Shown here one piece after another: positions 61,437-64,000 of a stretch of DNA of 64,000 nt (positions within the stretch are counted from its first letter, which is position 1; each line of letters opens with the position of its first letter). The stretch comes from Bacteroidetes bacterium CG2_30_33_31 (GTDB lineage Bacteria > Bacteroidota > Bacteroidia > Bacteroidales > UBA1556). The stretch is from the NCBI GenBank assembly GCA_001872625.1, contig MNXP01000068.1, positions 3,598 through 67,597 of the forward strand, in the 5' to 3' direction. The notes below the pieces were generated by a model. The model ran no database searches, was not told the origin of the DNA, and worked only from the letters and a program-made list of their open reading frames with translations. A program made the translations under genes and the position numbers.

Positions 61437-63368
61437 TTAAGCCATCTTTTCAACCTCTTTCGAGATTATTGAAGCAAAATCTTCCATACTCATTTGGCCA
61501 AGATCCACTCCACCTTGCTGTCTTACAGATAGATTATTATTGTTTTCTTCATCCTCTCCAACTATAATCATGTATGGAACTCTCTCTAATTCAGCATCTC
61601 TTATCTTTCTTCCAGTCTTTTCATTTCTGTGGTCGATAAGAGCGCGAATATCGTATTTATTTAAATACGTCAGAACTTTTTCTGCATAATCTATATATTT
61701 TTCACTTATGGGCAATATTTTAACCTGTTCGGGAGTGAGCCAAAGTGGAAATTTGCCAGCACAATGTTCAATTAGCACAGCTACAAATCTTTCCATGGAT
61801 CCAAAAGGAGCACGATGTATCATAACTGGTCTATGTTTTTGATTATCGGCACCCACATAATCTAAATCGAATCTTTCCGGAAGATTATAATCTACTTGGA
61901 TTGTACCTAATTGCCATTTTCTTCCAATTGCATCGCGAACCATGAAATCCATTTTTGGTCCATAAAAAGCAGCTTCACCTTCAACCACAATATATTCTAA
62001 ACCTTTCTCCTGAGCAACTTCTATTATTTCGCGCTCTGCTTTTTCCCAATTTTCATCCGAGCCAATATATTTTTCGGGTGTTTTGGGGTCACGAACTGAA
62101 ATTTGAGTTATAAAATTTTTGAAATCAAGAGCAGTAAAAATTCTCAAAACAATATCTATTACCGATTTAAATTCATCTTTCACTTGTTCGGCACTACAGA
62201 AAATATGAGCATCATCTTGAGTAAAGCTTCTAACTCTTGTAAGCCCATGAAGTTCACCACTTTGCTCATATCTGTAAACTGTTCCAAACTCCGCCAAACG
62301 ATATGGAAGGTCGCGATAAGATTTTGGCGAAGATCTATATATTTCGCAATGATGTGGACAGTTCATAGGCTTGAGCATGAATACTTCACCTTCATTTGGA
62401 GTAGTAATTGGTCTAAATGAATCGGCTCCATATTTTGCATAATGTCCAGAGGTTACATACAACTCTTTGCTTCCAATATGAGGTGTTATAACTGGCAGAT
62501 AGCCAGCTTCTTTTTGCACTTTTTTTAAATAATCTTCTAAACGTTGCCGAAGTTGTGCGCCTTTTGGAAGCCACAATGGAAGACCCAGTCCTACTCTATT
62601 TGAGAAAGTAAAAAGTTCAAGTTCCTTACCTAATTTTCTATGATCGCGTTTTTTAGCCTCTTCAAGAAATGCAAGATATTCATCGAGCAAAGCTTTTTTT
62701 GGAAAAGTAATGCCATAAATTCTGGTAAGTTGTTTTCTTTTTTCATCTCCACGCCAGTACGCTCCAGCCACTGACAACAATTTAATTGCTTTTATTTGAG
62801 CAGTATTTGGCAAATGAGGGCCACGGCATAAGTCGGTAAATTCGCCACATTTATAAAAGGTAATTTCTCCGTCAGGTAAATCGGTAATCAATTCAACTTT
62901 ATATTCATCACCTTTCTTTGTAAAGTATTCTAATGCAGCAGTTTTTGTAACTTGTGATCTTATGAAATTTTGTTTTTGTTGAATTAACTCAATCATTTTC
63001 TTTTCAATTATAACCAAATCATCTAAGGTAATAACCGTTTCACCAAGATCCATATCATAATAGAAACCATTTTCGATATTAGGTCCAATTCCAAACTTTG
63101 TTCCAGGATAGAGTTGCTCAATAGCTTCCGCCAACAAATGAGCTGATGAATGCCACATTGTTGCTTTTCCCTCTTCATCATTCCATGTAAGAAGTTGTAT
63201 TTCACCACTTTCGTTTATTGGAAGCAAGGCATCCTGCACCTTACCATTAAACTTGGCAGACAGCACATTGCGAGCTAAACCTTCGCTAATACTTGTAGCG
63301 ATTTCCATTGAATTTATACCTTTATTATATTGTCTGACAGTTCCGTCAGGAAATTTTATATCAATCAT
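61437..63368 (-). CDS. thrS: threonine--tRNA ligase
   Basis: TGS N-terminus, editing-domain HSSAHLLA, class II core (FRGE..., HRAPFGS), and an anticodon-binding C-terminus. Confidence 0.98.
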   Translation of the reverse strand: MIDIKFPDGTVRQYNKGINSMEIATSISEGLARNVLSAKFNGKVQDALLPINESGEIQLLTWNDEEGKATMWHSSAHLLAEAIEQLYPGTKFGIGPNIENGFYYDMDLGETVITLDDLVIIEKKMIELIQQKQNFIRSQVTKTAALEYFTKKGDEYKVELITDLPDGEITFYKCGEFTDLCRGPHLPNTAQIKAIKLLSVAGAYWRGDEKRKQLTRIYGITFPKKALLDEYLAFLEEAKKRDHRKLGKELELFTFSNRVGLGLPLWLPKGAQLRQRLEDYLKKVQKEAGYLPVITPHIGSKELYVTSGHYAKYGADSFRPITTPNEGEVFMLKPMNCPHHCEIYRSSPKSYRDLPYRLAEFGTVYRYEQSGELHGLTRVRSFTQDDAHIFCSAEQVKDEFKSVIDIVLRIFTALDFKNFITQISVRDPKTPEKYIGSDENWEKAEREIIEVAQEKGLEYIVVEGEAAFYGPKMDFMVRDAIGRKWQLGTIQVDYNLPERFDLDYVGADNQKHRPVMIHRAPFGSMERFVAVLIEHCAGKFPLWLTPEQVKILPISEKYIDYAEKVLTYLNKYDIRALIDHRNEKTGRKIRDAELERVPYMIIVGEDEENNNNLSVRQQGGVDLGQMSMEDFASIISKEVEKMA

Positions 63369-63387
63369 ATTAAAAAAATTTGGGCTG

Positions 63388-63395
63388 CAAAGATA
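63388..63395 (-). promoter_or_regulatory. candidate -7 box for the thrS-infC-rpmI-rplT operon
   Basis: The minus strand reads tatctttg, 19 nt upstream of the thrS ATG. Confidence 0.35.
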
Positions 63396-63506
63396 AAACT
63401 TTTTAGAAGAATCAGAAATTTTGAATTCGACAATTAAATTGGAATATTAAACATAAAATTTATAAATAAATCCAAGCATTTTTCAAAAAATGTTTGGATT
63501 CTATTG

Positions 63507-63580
63507 TCGGGGCAAGAGGGTTCGAACCTCTGACCTCGTCGTTCCGAACGACGCGCGCTACCGGGCTGCGCTATACCCCG
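63507..63580 (-). tRNA. tRNA-Pro (anticodon CGG)
   Basis: Acceptor CGGGGTA/TGCCCCG (one G-U pair), anticodon stem CGTCG/CGACG, loop TTCGGAA, T-loop TTCGAAC. Confidence 0.92.
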
Positions 63581-63708
63581 TTGAAAATTGAAGTGCAAAT
63601 TTAATACTAATCTTTACGTATCCTAATTTTAAACTTCATTGTATAAAGTTTTTGGAGATATCAAATATGTTTATAAATTTACACTTTTAGATATAATATA
63701 AACAAGCT

Positions 63709-64000
63709 ATGAAAAACCTAACTGACGAGAACAAGAAAGACTTTGAAAATCAGATTAATAATATAAATGAAACTGATGAGTCGAAAGTATTATGCGATAT
63801 TGAAGGAGAATTAAAAAAACTAAAAGTTCTGCAATCGAAGAATCAATCGCACAAAATGGAGGATATGATTAGCAATGCTGAGTTTTTGCATCAAATATTG
63901 CTAAGCAAAGATTTCCCACTAACTCAATCGACAAAAAAATGGATAATCTTTGGGCTTGGATACCTTATTTCTGATTTCGACTTAATACCAGATATTATCC
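63709..64000 (+). CDS. DUF1232 (YkvA-like) family protein, 3' end outside window
   Basis: Not in the ORF track because it runs off the window. The frame is open from the ATG at 63709 to 64000 and ends in WIIFGLGYLISDFDLIPDII, matching the Y-x-I-S-P-x-D-L-I-P-D-type DUF1232 motif. Confidence 0.6.
   Translation, partial: MKNLTDENKKDFENQINNINETDESKVLCDIEGELKKLKVLQSKNQSHKMEDMISNAEFLHQILLSKDFPLTQSTKKWIIFGLGYLISDFDLIPDII

Overview
AT-rich Bacteroidota (Flavobacteriia/Cytophagia-like) chromosomal segment made up almost entirely of core genes. Content from left to right:
- 1-2.1 kb: a YD-repeat protein truncated at the window edge, a retropepsin-like protease and a LOG-family gene.
- 2.1-11.5 kb: an O-antigen/EPS-type polysaccharide locus, with wecB divergent from wzx, an acetyltransferase, three glycosyltransferase-like genes, wzy and a GMC oxidoreductase.
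- 11.7-19.4 kb: a small ferredoxin, der, an S4/Hsp15-like gene, an EEP nuclease/phosphatase, an unknown membrane protein, topA and an arginase-fold protein.
- 19.8-37.7 kb: type IX secretion/gliding genes. These are porP/sprF-gldK-gldL-gldM-gldN, then recG and pheT, then a second porP-like-gldJ pair on the minus strand, then porU.
- 37.7-42.4 kb: a tRNA methyltransferase, rimM, gcvT, a capD-like gene and DUF3467.
- 42.5-55.6 kb, minus strand: rpoC-rpoB-rplL-rplJ-rplA-rplK-nusG-secE-tRNA-Trp-tuf-tRNA(Thr,Gly,Tyr,Thr).
- 55.8-64 kb: hpf, a xerC-like recombinase, rpsU, an OM-barrel/SPOR protein, a ferritin-like gene, rplT-rpmI-infC-thrS, tRNA-Pro and a truncated DUF1232 gene.

I saw no CRISPR array, IS element, prophage or recognisable defence or toxin cassette, and I could not support a clearly novel multi-gene system. 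The signals left unexplained by the features are:
- a ~200-nt base-paired island downstream of rplT (candidate ncRNA) that shares a 10-mer with a hairpin just upstream of rplT;
- an arginase-fold protein with three of six Mn ligands substituted, sitting at the head of the T9SS operon;
- two paralogous PorP-like plus SUMF1-lipoprotein gene pairs;
- a probable AUA-initiated infC preceded by a GGAGGA box;
- an OM beta-barrel fused to two SPOR domains.

TAnnTTTG (-7 box) motifs recur 19-47 nt upstream of many first genes, and I used them to trim several over-extended ORF starts. All calls come from reading the sequence and the ORF translations; no searches were run.
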